Shown here: one piece after another, positions 1-10,134 of the stretch
How positions within the stretch are numbered: position 1 is the stretch's first letter
Layout: each line of letters opens with the position of its first letter
DNA from: Halarcobacter sp.
GTDB lineage: Bacteria; Campylobacterota; Campylobacteria; Campylobacterales; Arcobacteraceae
Direction: 5' to 3'
DNA length: 64,000 nucleotides
NCBI GenBank assembly: GCA_963676565.1
Contig: OY781089.1
Coordinates: forward strand, 544,001 to 608,000
Notes under the pieces: model-generated
The model's input: the letters and a program-made list of their open reading frames with translations, nothing else
Told to the model about the DNA's origin: nothing
Databases searched by the model: none
Made by a program: the position numbers and the translations under genes

Positions 1-93
1 CTTTGGAACATCAAGTTTTGGCAAAGGAATACCATCTCTTCCCTCTACACTTTTATCAAATATTGTTTTGGGTTTCATATTTATAATACTCAT
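1..93 (-). CDS. gcvPB: Glycine dehydrogenase (decarboxylating) subunit 2, N-terminal fragment cut by the window edge
   Basis: Hand translation MSIINMKPKTIFDKSVEGRDGIPLPKLDVPK; ATG (91-93) overlaps the gcvPA TGA; TIFDKS..G resembles GcvPB N-termini. Alternative ATG at 78. Confidence 0.75.
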   Translation of the reverse strand, partial: MSIINMKPKTIFDKSVEGRDGIPLPKLDVPK

Positions 94-1421
94 ATTACTT
101 CTCCTAAGGCACTTGCAAACGCATCCATTTGCTCTTTTGTTCTTTTTTCAGTAACAGATACTAAAATTGCATTTTCTAAACCTTCATAAATATTTCCAAG
201 ATTTATACCTGCATAAAAACCTTTATTGCTCATTTGTTCAATTACATCTGTTGCATCACATGGTGTTTTTATTACAAACTCATTAAATGTAGGAGACTCA
301 TTTAAAATCTCAACACCTTTTATACTTGAAAGTTTTTCTCTTAGGTATTCAGCCTTACTATAATTTGTAGTTGCTAATTCTTCAAAACCTTCACGTCCTA
401 CTAAAGAGATAAATATAGTACTTCTTAAGGCCAATAGATTTTGATTTGAACAAATATTTGAAGTTGCTCTATGTCTTCTAATATGTTGCTCCCTTGCTTG
501 CATTGTTAATACAAACATCTCTTTGCCATCTTTATCTAAAGTTCTACCTATAATTCTTCCAGGTAAATCTCTAATGTAAGCCTGCTTTGTAGCAATCATC
601 CCAAATGATGGTCCACCAAATGATAAATAGTTCCCTAAACATTGTCCATCTGCACTTACAATATCAACACCCATACTTCCTGGGTCTTTTAAAACTCCTA
701 AAGAGATAGGATAAGCAGACATTACAGCTAAAGCCTTATTTTCATGAAGCTTTTCTATAATAGTCTCAAAATCACCTATTGAACCAAAGAAATTAGGATT
801 TTGGAAGAGATATCCACCAACACTATCATCTATTTTTTCTAATACAGTATCAAGGTTACTCTCAACACCATTTAAATCAATAACTTCAACTTCAATCTCT
901 CTAAATTTTAAATATGTTTGAACCACTTTTATATATGTAGGATTTACCCCACCATCTATTAGTATTTTATTTTTTTTAGAGATTCTAACTGCCATTAAAG
1001 CTGATTCAGCTAAAGCTGTTGCACCATCATACATAGAGGCATTTGAAACATCCATACCAGTTAATTTACATACTAAACTTTGGTATTCATATAAAACTTG
1101 TAATGTACCTTGAGAAGCTTCTGCTTGATATGGAGTATAAGCTGTATAAAACTCTGATCTTCCCGCTAATGCATCAACTGCACTTGGAACTATATGGTCA
1201 TAGTAACCACCACCTAAAAACATAACCTTATCTGTAACATTTTTTGAAGATAGAGCTTTAAATTTTTCAAAAGTGGTAAACTCATCAACTCCGTCTTCTA
1301 TATCTAGTGATGAAACTCTTAAGTTACTTGGTACTTGGTCAAAAAGTTGTGATTCTTCTTCTAAGCCAATTACATCAAGCATCTGCTTAATTTCATTTTG
1401 CGTGTGGGGAGTATATGGCAT
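90..1421 (-). CDS. gcvPA: Glycine dehydrogenase (decarboxylating) subunit 1
   Basis: MPYTPHT start, YTAYTPYQAEASQG, NASMYDGATA, REQHIRR and ATSNICSNQ motifs; follows gcvT-gcvH. Confidence 0.95.
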   Translation of the reverse strand: MPYTPHTQNEIKQMLDVIGLEEESQLFDQVPSNLRVSSLDIEDGVDEFTTFEKFKALSSKNVTDKVMFLGGGYYDHIVPSAVDALAGRSEFYTAYTPYQAEASQGTLQVLYEYQSLVCKLTGMDVSNASMYDGATALAESALMAVRISKKNKILIDGGVNPTYIKVVQTYLKFREIEVEVIDLNGVESNLDTVLEKIDDSVGGYLFQNPNFFGSIGDFETIIEKLHENKALAVMSAYPISLGVLKDPGSMGVDIVSADGQCLGNYLSFGGPSFGMIATKQAYIRDLPGRIIGRTLDKDGKEMFVLTMQAREQHIRRHRATSNICSNQNLLALRSTIFISLVGREGFEELATTNYSKAEYLREKLSSIKGVEILNESPTFNEFVIKTPCDATDVIEQMSNKGFYAGINLGNIYEGLENAILVSVTEKRTKEQMDAFASALGEVI

Positions 1422-1429
1422 TTTATCTC

Positions 1430-1795
1430 CTATAGTGAACTTGTATATTCGTCATAAGCAGCTTGATCCATAAGTTCCTCAAGCTCACTCTCATCTGAAA
1501 GTTCTAATTTAAAAACCCAATTTGCATTTGCATCTTGATTTAGAATCTCTGGTGTATCTAAAAGTGATTCATTTACTTCTATGATTTTCCCTGATATTGG
1601 TGTATATATATCACTTGCAGCTTTTACAGACTCAACAAAAGCAGCACTATCTCCAGCACCAAACTCATCATCAATTTCTGGTAATTCTAAAAATGTGATA
1701 TCCCCTAACTGCTCAATAGCATATTCTGAAATTCCAACTGTACCAATATTTCCTTCAACTGTTACCCACTCGTGCTCTTCACTAAATTTTTGCAT
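1430..1795 (-). CDS. gcvH: Glycine cleavage system H protein
   Basis: HEWV motif and lipoyl-lysine motif VESVKAASDIY. Confidence 0.95.
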   Translation of the reverse strand: MQKFSEEHEWVTVEGNIGTVGISEYAIEQLGDITFLELPEIDDEFGAGDSAAFVESVKAASDIYTPISGKIIEVNESLLDTPEILNQDANANWVFKLELSDESELEELMDQAAYDEYTSSL

Positions 1796-1810
1796 TTCTC
1801 TCTCCTAATC

Positions 1811-2884
1811 TTATTTTTTTATAAATGGTAATGAGGCTTTATTTGCTTCAATAGCACCTCTTTTGTCTCGAAGTTCAAATGATTTTTCACCATCAAAACT
1901 ATCAACATCAATCATTGCTAAGCCAATTCCAACATTTAGTGTTGGAGAAAAAGCAGCTGAAGTTACAAAACCAATTTTTTTATCATCTTGATATACTTCA
2001 AAATCTTTTCTAGCACTTCTTCTTGAAGTAGTTTTAAAAGGGATTAACAATCTTTTTAAACCATTATCTTTTTGTTTTTCTAATGCATCACGTCCAGCAT
2101 AATCTCTTTTTAGATTTATAAACATTGAAAGGTTTGCTTCAAGTGGAGTTATCTCTTCAGTTAAATCATTTCCATATAAACTATAACCCATCTCAAGTCT
2201 TAAGGCATCCCTTGCTCCAAGACCAGCTGGTTTTACCCCATCATTTATAAGTGCATCCCAAATTTTTACACTTGTTTTATCATCAATATAAAGTTCAAAC
2301 CCTAATTCACCTGTGTAACCTGTTCTACTTAAAAGACAATCTTCTCCAAAGATTTTTGTTTGAACAAATGAGAAAAATTTTAAATCGTCTAAATTTATAT
2401 CGAAATATTTTTGTAAGACTTGTTTTGAGTTTGGGCCTTGAACATCAAGTTTTGCAGTTTCTTTTGACCTATCATCAAGTGTTCCAGTTTTAAGTCTGCT
2501 TGTAATTGTTTTAAAATCAAGTGCAGCCCTTGAAGCATTTACAACTATCATAAGTTCATCATCTGATAATCTATAAATGATTAAATCATCAATTACACCA
2601 CCTTGGTCATTTAGTAAAAATCCATATTTACATTTACCAATATTTAGTGCATCTATATTTATTGAAGTTGCCTCATTTATACCTGAAGTTACTATATCAC
2701 CTTTGAAGAAGAACTCCCCCATATGAGAAGTATCAAATAGCGCTACATCGTTTCTACAGTACCCATGTTCAGCTAAGATTCCATCAAACTGTATTGGCAT
2801 CTCCCAACCAGCAAAGGGAACCATTTTACACTTTATTTCAAGCTGTTTTTCATAAAGTGGGGTTCTTAATAATGTTTCTTCCAT
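1811..2884 (-). CDS. gcvT: Glycine cleavage system aminomethyltransferase T
   Basis: MVPFAGWEMP, FDTSHMG, SRTGYTGELGFE, GLGARDALRLE; ATG at 2884 follows AAGGG (ORF track starts at GTG 2890). Confidence 0.95.
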   Translation of the reverse strand: MEETLLRTPLYEKQLEIKCKMVPFAGWEMPIQFDGILAEHGYCRNDVALFDTSHMGEFFFKGDIVTSGINEATSINIDALNIGKCKYGFLLNDQGGVIDDLIIYRLSDDELMIVVNASRAALDFKTITSRLKTGTLDDRSKETAKLDVQGPNSKQVLQKYFDINLDDLKFFSFVQTKIFGEDCLLSRTGYTGELGFELYIDDKTSVKIWDALINDGVKPAGLGARDALRLEMGYSLYGNDLTEEITPLEANLSMFINLKRDYAGRDALEKQKDNGLKRLLIPFKTTSRRSARKDFEVYQDDKKIGFVTSAAFSPTLNVGIGLAMIDVDSFDGEKSFELRDKRGAIEANKASLPFIKK

Positions 2885-2991
2885 ATTCACCCTTTTAAAA
2901 ATATTTATATGAATATTTTAAAGGACAAAAGGGGCAAAAAAGTATCAAAATTTTCTTGATTTTAGAATTTACTGTATATTTTTTAGTACAA

Positions 2992-4662
2992 TTATTTCAA
3001 AACTTTTATAGTAAATAATGCTCCATTTTCAAAATTTCTAACATTTATAAAACCTTGCATATTTCTCTCAATAATATTTTTAGCCATATAAAGCCCAATG
3101 CCTGTTCCTTGTGTTTTGTGCCTAGTTGTAAAATATGGCTCAAAAATTTTATCTAGAATACTTTTTTCTACCCCACCAGCATTATCTTGAATTTTTACAA
3201 TAGAATAATTTTCTCCTACTTTTATCTCTATCTTTATTTTTGGACTTTTTATTTTTCTCTCTAAGAAAATGTCTTTTGCATTACTTAATATATTCAAAAT
3301 AACTTGTGAGTATTCATTTTTATATCCTAGAACTTCACTATCTTCAATAACATCAAATTCTAAATTTATACCATGATATTTCAATGATGATTCAATGATA
3401 TAAAAGGCATCTTCACAAGCTTTTTTTATAGAGAAAAATTCTTTTTCACCTTGAGGTTTAAAGAAGTTTTGAAAATCATTTATTGTTTGAGACATATATG
3501 AAGTTAAAGTATTTGCTTCTTTTATCTTTTCATCAAGATATTTTTTATCAAATTTGTTGAAATCATATGTTACTTTCATATTCATATGAATCGCAGATAT
3601 TTGTGCAAGTGGCTGTCTCCATTGATGGGCAATATTTCCAATCATCTCTCCCATTGAGGCTAATTTTGATTGTTGTATTAATATTTGTTCCTGTTCTAAT
3701 CTTTGGTCTATCTCTCGTTGTATTTTATCCTCTAAATTTTCAATCATATCATTTATCATGATTTTTAATTCATTTAATGATTCATTATTTGTTTCTTGAT
3801 TAATTCTAGTTCCTAGATTTCCACATTTTATATTTTCAAGTATCTTTGTAGCATCTTTAATTAAAGCTTCATTTTGTTCAATATTATTACTAATTAATTG
3901 AACATTTTCATTGATTATTGTTGCCATTTGCTTAAACTCATCTTCTGTACTTAATTCAATTTTACTAACCTTGGTTTTTTTATCATTTAAGTACTTAAAA
4001 AAATCATTTAATCCATTTTGAACTTTGTAAATTGAGTTTAAAATATTACTTGAAATTAGCCATCCTATAATCACTGCAAAAGAAAAAAGTATGGCAATAC
4101 TTAAAAATATTTCTAACTTAATCTCTTTTGTTTTTGTAACTGCATCGTTATATGCAATACTTGAATTGTTTAAAGAGGTTTTTTGAAGATTTAAAAGTTC
4201 AATTATTAATAAATCAAATTGTTTTTTATTGATAGTAGTTACATTAATATATGCGCCCTCCTCAAACTCTTCATCTAAATATTGTTTTGTTTGATGAATA
4301 TGTTTTTTGTAACTCTCCCACATCTCAAAAATCTTGAGACTAAATCTTTTAATATTTTTAAAGTTCTTGTCTAAATCGAGTTCAATCTTATTTATATCCT
4401 CTTCAATTTTTCTTCTTATTTGTTTATTGGGTGCCATAACTAAGGATTGATTTAACTGTCTTAAACTATATAAAGGAGTAATAACATTGTTTTGTAAAGA
4501 TAAAACAGCTTGAGACTTACTATGAACCTCTTTTAAAGTATTTTTATTATCTTCACTAATAACTATTGTTTTATATCCTAATATAGCAATTGATACACAT
4601 AAAATAAGAAATAAAATTCCTAATTTTATTTTAATATTCATTTTTTTTATAAATTTAATCAT
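2992..4662 (-). CDS. Membrane sensor histidine kinase (periplasmic helical domain, HAMP-like linker)
   Basis: Two TM segments; H-box IAHQWRQPL; DNAGG and GTGIGLY ATPase boxes. Confidence 0.9.
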   Translation of the reverse strand: MIKFIKKMNIKIKLGILFLILCVSIAILGYKTIVISEDNKNTLKEVHSKSQAVLSLQNNVITPLYSLRQLNQSLVMAPNKQIRRKIEEDINKIELDLDKNFKNIKRFSLKIFEMWESYKKHIHQTKQYLDEEFEEGAYINVTTINKKQFDLLIIELLNLQKTSLNNSSIAYNDAVTKTKEIKLEIFLSIAILFSFAVIIGWLISSNILNSIYKVQNGLNDFFKYLNDKKTKVSKIELSTEDEFKQMATIINENVQLISNNIEQNEALIKDATKILENIKCGNLGTRINQETNNESLNELKIMINDMIENLEDKIQREIDQRLEQEQILIQQSKLASMGEMIGNIAHQWRQPLAQISAIHMNMKVTYDFNKFDKKYLDEKIKEANTLTSYMSQTINDFQNFFKPQGEKEFFSIKKACEDAFYIIESSLKYHGINLEFDVIEDSEVLGYKNEYSQVILNILSNAKDIFLERKIKSPKIKIEIKVGENYSIVKIQDNAGGVEKSILDKIFEPYFTTRHKTQGTGIGLYMAKNIIERNMQGFINVRNFENGALFTIKVLK

Positions 4663-4663
4663 C

Positions 4664-6319
4664 TTAAAATCTTTTTGGTTTTATGGCTTTTTTTAAATCA
4701 TTAGGGTAGTTTTTTTCTTCTCTAACAGACCAATGATTTTTACTGATTTCTATTTCCCAAAGTGGAATAATACCACCTTGGTAAGGCTTGTAAATAAGCT
4801 CTTTATTAACTGCAATCACTTTATTTAAAGATGGTACTCTTAATGTATAAGCTTCTTCTCTAGCTTGAAATAAAATATTTTTTACAACCTCTTTAAATTC
4901 CTGACTATTTTGTTTTGTAATAAAATATTTTTGAATATATTCTTGCATTTTTTCATCTTTTGGAATTGTTGACCAAACACTATTATTTTCATAAATAAAA
5001 AATACCGTCCAAGGATTTTGATAATACCAGTCATCATCTCCCCAAACTAAAATATCCCACTTTTGTGTATTTTTATTCTTATTGGTATTAAGTAATTGCT
5101 TATATATATCTTTTTCACTTGTCGTGATTTTGTAATTGAATTTAACCCCATATTTTTTTAATTGATATTCAATGCCTTTCAATAAGAATAAAAATCTATC
5201 TTGGGTAAAAATCTCTAATTCTAATCCATTTAATAGTTTATTAATTTGGTTTTGAGATAATTTTTTTTCATTTATTATATATTCATTAGCAATTTCTTCA
5301 ACAACTTTATAATTTATTGATGTCGTAAAAGGGGAAACTCTACCTTCATTTTTATAAACAAAATTAAGTAAATTTTCTTGATTTAAGGCCTGATTTAAAG
5401 CAACTCTTACCTCTTTTTTTAAAAGCTTTTTATTTCCATTTATTAAATTAAAAAAAAGTACAAAATTATCTGTCGATTTTGAAACAATAAGTTTTGAATA
5501 AGGGGATAAAATAATTTCAAGTTTTTTATTAAATGGGATTGGCATTAAATCTAATTTCCCCTCATTTTTTGTAATATCTTCAATTGCTTTATTTATATCA
5601 AGTTGTGTATAAACTGTTATATTTTTTATTTTGGGGTAATTTTTATTCCAATAATAGGGGTTAGCAATTAATTCAATTTTATTTGTTTGTTTATCCCCTA
5701 GTGCATAACCACTTTTTATAATATATGGTCCCATTCCAAATTCCCCTGCAACTTTATTCGCAGTTCCAGTTTCTCCACCAACAGGATTATAGTATTGAAT
5801 ATACTCTTTTGTATAAAAATATACCCTTGCTAGGTCAGTTAAAAACATCTCATACTTTTGTTTTAATACAATTTTTAAATGTCTTTCATCTACTTTAAAA
5901 ACATCAAAATCTATTTTGTTAATATTTGTATATAAAAAAGGATTCTTCTTAAAAAAATTAAGATTATAAATAGCATCTTCTATTGTAAAATCTTCTCCAT
6001 TTTGGAATTTTAGATTTTCCCTAAATTCAAAAATATAAGTAAAATCATCAACTCTTTTATGACTTTTTGCTAAATCATATACCCAACCTTTTTCATTATC
6101 ATAAGATCTAATAAGACCTGCATTTGTAGCTTTTGCAATATATGAATATGGAATTGATGGTAAAAATATATTTATATGGGATTTTGGATGAAGCTTTGAT
6201 GCTATATTTTTTGAAGAGCTATCTTCTCTAAACTCAAACTCTTTTACAACATGAGATGAAGCTTCTAAATAAATAGTTAAAATTAAAATAGAAGATATTA
6301 GTTTAAAGATTTTAAACAA
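4664..6319 (-). CDS. Exported solute-binding protein, family-5 (peptide/nickel ABC type)-like, with no permease nearby
   Basis: Signal peptide; YIFEFRENLKFQNGEDFT, GMGPY, ANPYYW and EVRVALNQALN motifs typical of SBP family 5. Confidence 0.75.
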   Translation of the reverse strand: MFKIFKLISSILILTIYLEASSHVVKEFEFREDSSSKNIASKLHPKSHINIFLPSIPYSYIAKATNAGLIRSYDNEKGWVYDLAKSHKRVDDFTYIFEFRENLKFQNGEDFTIEDAIYNLNFFKKNPFLYTNINKIDFDVFKVDERHLKIVLKQKYEMFLTDLARVYFYTKEYIQYYNPVGGETGTANKVAGEFGMGPYIIKSGYALGDKQTNKIELIANPYYWNKNYPKIKNITVYTQLDINKAIEDITKNEGKLDLMPIPFNKKLEIILSPYSKLIVSKSTDNFVLFFNLINGNKKLLKKEVRVALNQALNQENLLNFVYKNEGRVSPFTTSINYKVVEEIANEYIINEKKLSQNQINKLLNGLELEIFTQDRFLFLLKGIEYQLKKYGVKFNYKITTSEKDIYKQLLNTNKNKNTQKWDILVWGDDDWYYQNPWTVFFIYENNSVWSTIPKDEKMQEYIQKYFITKQNSQEFKEVVKNILFQAREEAYTLRVPSLNKVIAVNKELIYKPYQGGIIPLWEIEISKNHWSVREEKNYPNDLKKAIKPKRF

Positions 6320-6998
6320 AACGATATCCTGAACCAGAGAGATTCATAATTATATCAGTTGGAAGTTTTTTTCTAAGATTTCTAACAAGTGAACGTAAAG
6401 CACTATCAGTCATAATATCATCACCCCAAACTTTTTCTTGAAGTTCTTCATAACTAGTAATTCTATTTTGGTTTTTTATCAAAACTTCAAAAAAAAGCAT
6501 CTCTTTTTTATTTAAAACAACTATCTCATCTTTATAATACAATTGTTTTTTATCAAAATCATAACTATAATTTTCATCACTTTTTAACTTAGTAACTTTA
6601 TTTATCTCAAGTAAATTTACACAAGACTCTAAAACTTCAAATAAAGGTTCTAATTCAACTGGTTTTACCAAATATTTTTCCATATGTAGCTCAACTGCTT
6701 CCATAAGATATTTTTTATCTGTATGGGCAGTTATCATAACTACAGGTGTTTGCCTATCTATTTTCCTAATTTTTTTTACAAGGTCAATGCCATTTAACAA
6801 GGGCATATGAATATCGCTAAAAATAATGTCAGGTTTTTTTTCATTATAAAGTTCAAAGGCTTCTACACCATTTGAAGCTTCAAAGACTTCTTTTACATAG
6901 TATTGTAAACTATCAGCAATATTTTTTCTTATACCCTCTTCATCTTCTGCATAAAGTATAGTTAATGTTTGTAATTTTTCTAATAACTCTTTTTGCAT
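6312..6998 (-). CDS. OmpR-family response regulator
   Basis: Receiver domain (ED..D..P, KP) plus C-terminal winged helix ending GSGYRF. Confidence 0.92.
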   Translation of the reverse strand: MQKELLEKLQTLTILYAEDEEGIRKNIADSLQYYVKEVFEASNGVEAFELYNEKKPDIIFSDIHMPLLNGIDLVKKIRKIDRQTPVVMITAHTDKKYLMEAVELHMEKYLVKPVELEPLFEVLESCVNLLEINKVTKLKSDENYSYDFDKKQLYYKDEIVVLNKKEMLFFEVLIKNQNRITSYEELQEKVWGDDIMTDSALRSLVRNLRKKLPTDIIMNLSGSGYRFV

Positions 6999-7028
6999 AA
7001 TGACTCCTTGTAATGATTATATCAAATC

Positions 7029-7586
7029 TTAGTGAGAAGTTTTGATTAAACCATCTGATGCATTTGATTTTAAATATCTTAAAAGATATGCACTCTCTTC
7101 CTCGTCAAGTTTTGCAAAACCTTTCATAGGTGTAAATAGTGCTTCCCATTCAATCATAGTATGATGATTTACAACTTGTGCAGCATGACACTGGGTACAC
7201 ATTTCATAAAAAAACTCTTCATGTTCTTCCCAAACTTCTGCACCATTTTCAGTTAAATACTCCTTTTCAACCATTCCAACTAATTCAACTTGGTCAGAAT
7301 TTTTCTTACTTAATTTAAAACCCTCATCCATTTTTGCAATTAAAAGCTCTTTTTCTTTTGTTGAATATACATTGTTCCCATCAATAAACCCTTTTATTGA
7401 TACTTTTACCTCTTTATCCATATCCTTTAAAATCTGTACAGGAACACCAAGATAAAGTTCAACCATTTTTCCATCTTCACCTTTTAATTTTGTGTTTTGA
7501 AAGATGAATTGATTACTTGCACTTACTTGGGAAAAATACCCAAGTAAAATTGATACTAAAGTAAAAAGTTTAAATAAATTTTTCAT
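7029..7586 (-). CDS. Periplasmic monoheme c-type cytochrome, probable partner of the TorA-like reductase
   Basis: Signal peptide; single CTQCH heme motif in a C-terminal domain resembling the TorC C-terminus; directly downstream of the reductase. Confidence 0.8.
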   Translation of the reverse strand: MKNLFKLFTLVSILLGYFSQVSASNQFIFQNTKLKGEDGKMVELYLGVPVQILKDMDKEVKVSIKGFIDGNNVYSTKEKELLIAKMDEGFKLSKKNSDQVELVGMVEKEYLTENGAEVWEEHEEFFYEMCTQCHAAQVVNHHTMIEWEALFTPMKGFAKLDEEESAYLLRYLKSNASDGLIKTSH

Positions 7587-7587
7587 A

Positions 7588-9996
7588 TTATGCTCCAATA
7601 ATCACTGGTGGTTGATAAGCCATATTTGGTTTAACAGCACCTGCTTTTTTTATCGACACTAAACAAGTATTTGCAGTTGTTGCTTGTGCCATAGATGAAG
7701 TTGGTCTAGATGAAGTTAAAAGATTTGCTTGACCAGAATTACATCTAGAACCTTTTTTATTTGGATCTTCAGGTGAATACCAAGCTCCCTCTTCAATTGC
7801 AACAACACCATCTCTAATTGTATTTGTAATAACAACACCAGCAAGTAAAGAACCTCTATCATTAAACACTTCAACAATTTCACCATCTTTTACACCAAAC
7901 TTTTTAGCATCATTTGGAGATATTCTAATTGGTTCTCTACCTTGAACTTTATGAACACTTTGTACCCATGTATTATCTAATTGAGAGTGAACTCTATATG
8001 TTGGGTGTGGAGAAACTAAGTGTAATGGATATTTACTTACTAATTTTTTGTTTCCTAACCATTCAGCAGGTTCCATCCAAAATGGGTGTCCTTTAAAATC
8101 ATCATGTCCAAAGCTTGCAAATTTTTCAGAGTAAATTTGAATTTTTCCTGTTTCAGTTTTTAGTTTATTGTTAACTGGATCTTTTCTAAAAGCTTCATGT
8201 CTAACATATTTTCTTGCACTATCAGGGATATCATATTTTACTACACCTTCTTTCCAAAAATCTTCAAATGAAATTTTCATATCTTTTGCAGCATATGATC
8301 TCTTGTATAGCCTTTCAATCCACTCTAAAGCAGTTCTTCCTCTAGTAAATTTTTTCTCTTTTCCAAATCTAGCTGAAAGTTGAGCAAAAATAACATAATC
8401 ATCTCTTGATTCATACATAGGTTCAACCACTTTTTTCATAGCAAAAATTCTATCTTGTGAATAAGACATACCTGAAGTAATATCATCTCTCTCTAAAGTT
8501 GTAGTTGCTGGTAAAACAATATCTGACATTTTTGCTGTTGGAGTCCACCAAGGATCTACCGTAACAATAGTGTCAAGAGTTTTCATAGCTTCAACTAACT
8601 CATTTACATTTGGTTGATGCCCAATTGGAGATGAACCTGTGCAAAGCATAAACTCAACTTTTGGGTAAGTAATCTCTTTACCTTTATATGTAACTTTTTT
8701 ACCTGGATTATTAATTAAATCACTCATTCTAGATGCAGGTATATTTAAATTAACTTTATTCCCTCCACCTTGACTCATACCACCAACTGTTGCTTTTCCA
8801 GAAGAAGCATCACCACCACCTGCATAATGCATAGAAAATCCAAAACCTCCTCCAGGAAGTCCAATTTGTCCAATCATAGAAGCTAAAGTGATTAAAGTCC
8901 AATCAACTTGTTCACCATGATGTGCCCTTTGCATAGCCCAGTTACCTGCAATAAAAGTTCTATTTGAAACCATAATTTCCGCTAATTCTTTAATTTTTGA
9001 AGCTGAAACTTCTGAAAGTTTTGATGCCCACTCAACAGTTTTATCAATGCCATCACTTTTTCCAAGTAGATATGGCAAAAACTTATCAAAACCATAAGTG
9101 TATTTTTTGATAAACTTATCATCATATTTTTTTGATTTGTACAAATGATTCATCATACCCAGCATTAAAGCAACATCAGAACCGGGTCTAACTTTTACCC
9201 AATCGGCATTAAACTCTTGAGCAGATTTAGTATAAATTGGATCAATTGAGATAAATTTGATACCAGCTTTTTTATACTCTTCATAGGCATCTATATTTCT
9301 ATGATTTGGTACAGCCCAACCAATTCTATTTGTTTTATAAATATCAGCTCCCCATAAAACCATAACTTTTGTATTTGATATAATTTGCTCATGGGCAGTT
9401 TGAATTGAATAAACTTCCATGTCTCCAACAATAGCTACATTTGTAGGACCAGCTGCTCCATTTGAATACTCACCTGCAGTTCCAACTGCTCCACCAATTT
9501 GATTAAAGAATCTTCCTGCCATTGCATTTGGTTTAAATGCACCGGGGTGAGCCCATCCTGAATATGCAGAGTTATAAAGTGCCTGATTCCCACCACTTTT
9601 TTGAGCTTTCTTGATAGCTTTTGCAGTTAAATCTAAAGCCTCTTCCCAAGATACTCTAACAAACTCATCTTGCCCTCTTAAATCACCTCTTCCTTTTCCT
9701 TCAAGATATGATTTTCTTACAACAGGATATTTAACCCTTGAATTAGTCATAACTCTATCAGCTAATCCTTTTACCATTACCGTAGGATTTGCATCTGAAT
9801 CTAATTGTGCAGTTATATCAACAATTTTTCCATCTCTAACATGGGCATGGAATGGACCAAAGTGAGAAGCATGTGGAATTTTTTCCGTTCTATTAGCAAA
9901 TTCTTTTGCAACAATACCATTTAAACTACCACTTGCTGCAATTACCGCAGATCCAAGTGCTCCTTTTTTAAGAAAGTCTCTTCTTGAAGTTTTCAT
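7588..9996 (-). CDS. torA: Tat-exported TMAO/DMSO/S-oxide reductase family molybdoenzyme (TorA/TorZ/BisC clade)
   Basis: Tat motif SRRDFLK; RVKYPVVRK, GEYSNGA (Mo-ligand Ser region), MQRAHHGEQ, SPHPTYRVHSQ; no N-terminal Fe-S cysteines. Confidence 0.85.
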   Translation of the reverse strand: MKTSRRDFLKKGALGSAVIAASGSLNGIVAKEFANRTEKIPHASHFGPFHAHVRDGKIVDITAQLDSDANPTVMVKGLADRVMTNSRVKYPVVRKSYLEGKGRGDLRGQDEFVRVSWEEALDLTAKAIKKAQKSGGNQALYNSAYSGWAHPGAFKPNAMAGRFFNQIGGAVGTAGEYSNGAAGPTNVAIVGDMEVYSIQTAHEQIISNTKVMVLWGADIYKTNRIGWAVPNHRNIDAYEEYKKAGIKFISIDPIYTKSAQEFNADWVKVRPGSDVALMLGMMNHLYKSKKYDDKFIKKYTYGFDKFLPYLLGKSDGIDKTVEWASKLSEVSASKIKELAEIMVSNRTFIAGNWAMQRAHHGEQVDWTLITLASMIGQIGLPGGGFGFSMHYAGGGDASSGKATVGGMSQGGGNKVNLNIPASRMSDLINNPGKKVTYKGKEITYPKVEFMLCTGSSPIGHQPNVNELVEAMKTLDTIVTVDPWWTPTAKMSDIVLPATTTLERDDITSGMSYSQDRIFAMKKVVEPMYESRDDYVIFAQLSARFGKEKKFTRGRTALEWIERLYKRSYAAKDMKISFEDFWKEGVVKYDIPDSARKYVRHEAFRKDPVNNKLKTETGKIQIYSEKFASFGHDDFKGHPFWMEPAEWLGNKKLVSKYPLHLVSPHPTYRVHSQLDNTWVQSVHKVQGREPIRISPNDAKKFGVKDGEIVEVFNDRGSLLAGVVITNTIRDGVVAIEEGAWYSPEDPNKKGSRCNSGQANLLTSSRPTSSMAQATTANTCLVSIKKAGAVKPNMAYQPPVIIGA

Positions 9997-10026
9997 TTTC
10001 TAATCCTTTTTTGAACTTATATTGAA

Positions 10027-10108
10027 ACTTTAACAAGAAAAAATCGAAAAAAAATCGAATCATATTATATTTTTAATCGATTATTTTCCCATTTATTTTA
10101 TTTATCAT
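10027..10108. promoter_or_regulatory. Divergent torA/porin promoters, each with an 11-bp-period direct repeat
   Basis: Minus: TCGAT at 10058 and 10047, -10 TAAAGT at 10032. Plus: TCGAT at 10077, CCCAT at 10088, -10 TATCAT at 10103. Confidence 0.55.
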
Positions 10109-10134
10109 TTCAAAATTTTAAATAAGGAGAAAAA

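Noticed and set aside
2891..2991. Glycine riboswitch, or RBS-occluding hairpin, upstream of gcvT
   Set aside because: No aptamer motifs and too little space; the inverted repeat at 2891-2924 is nearly all A/T and probably overlaps the promoter
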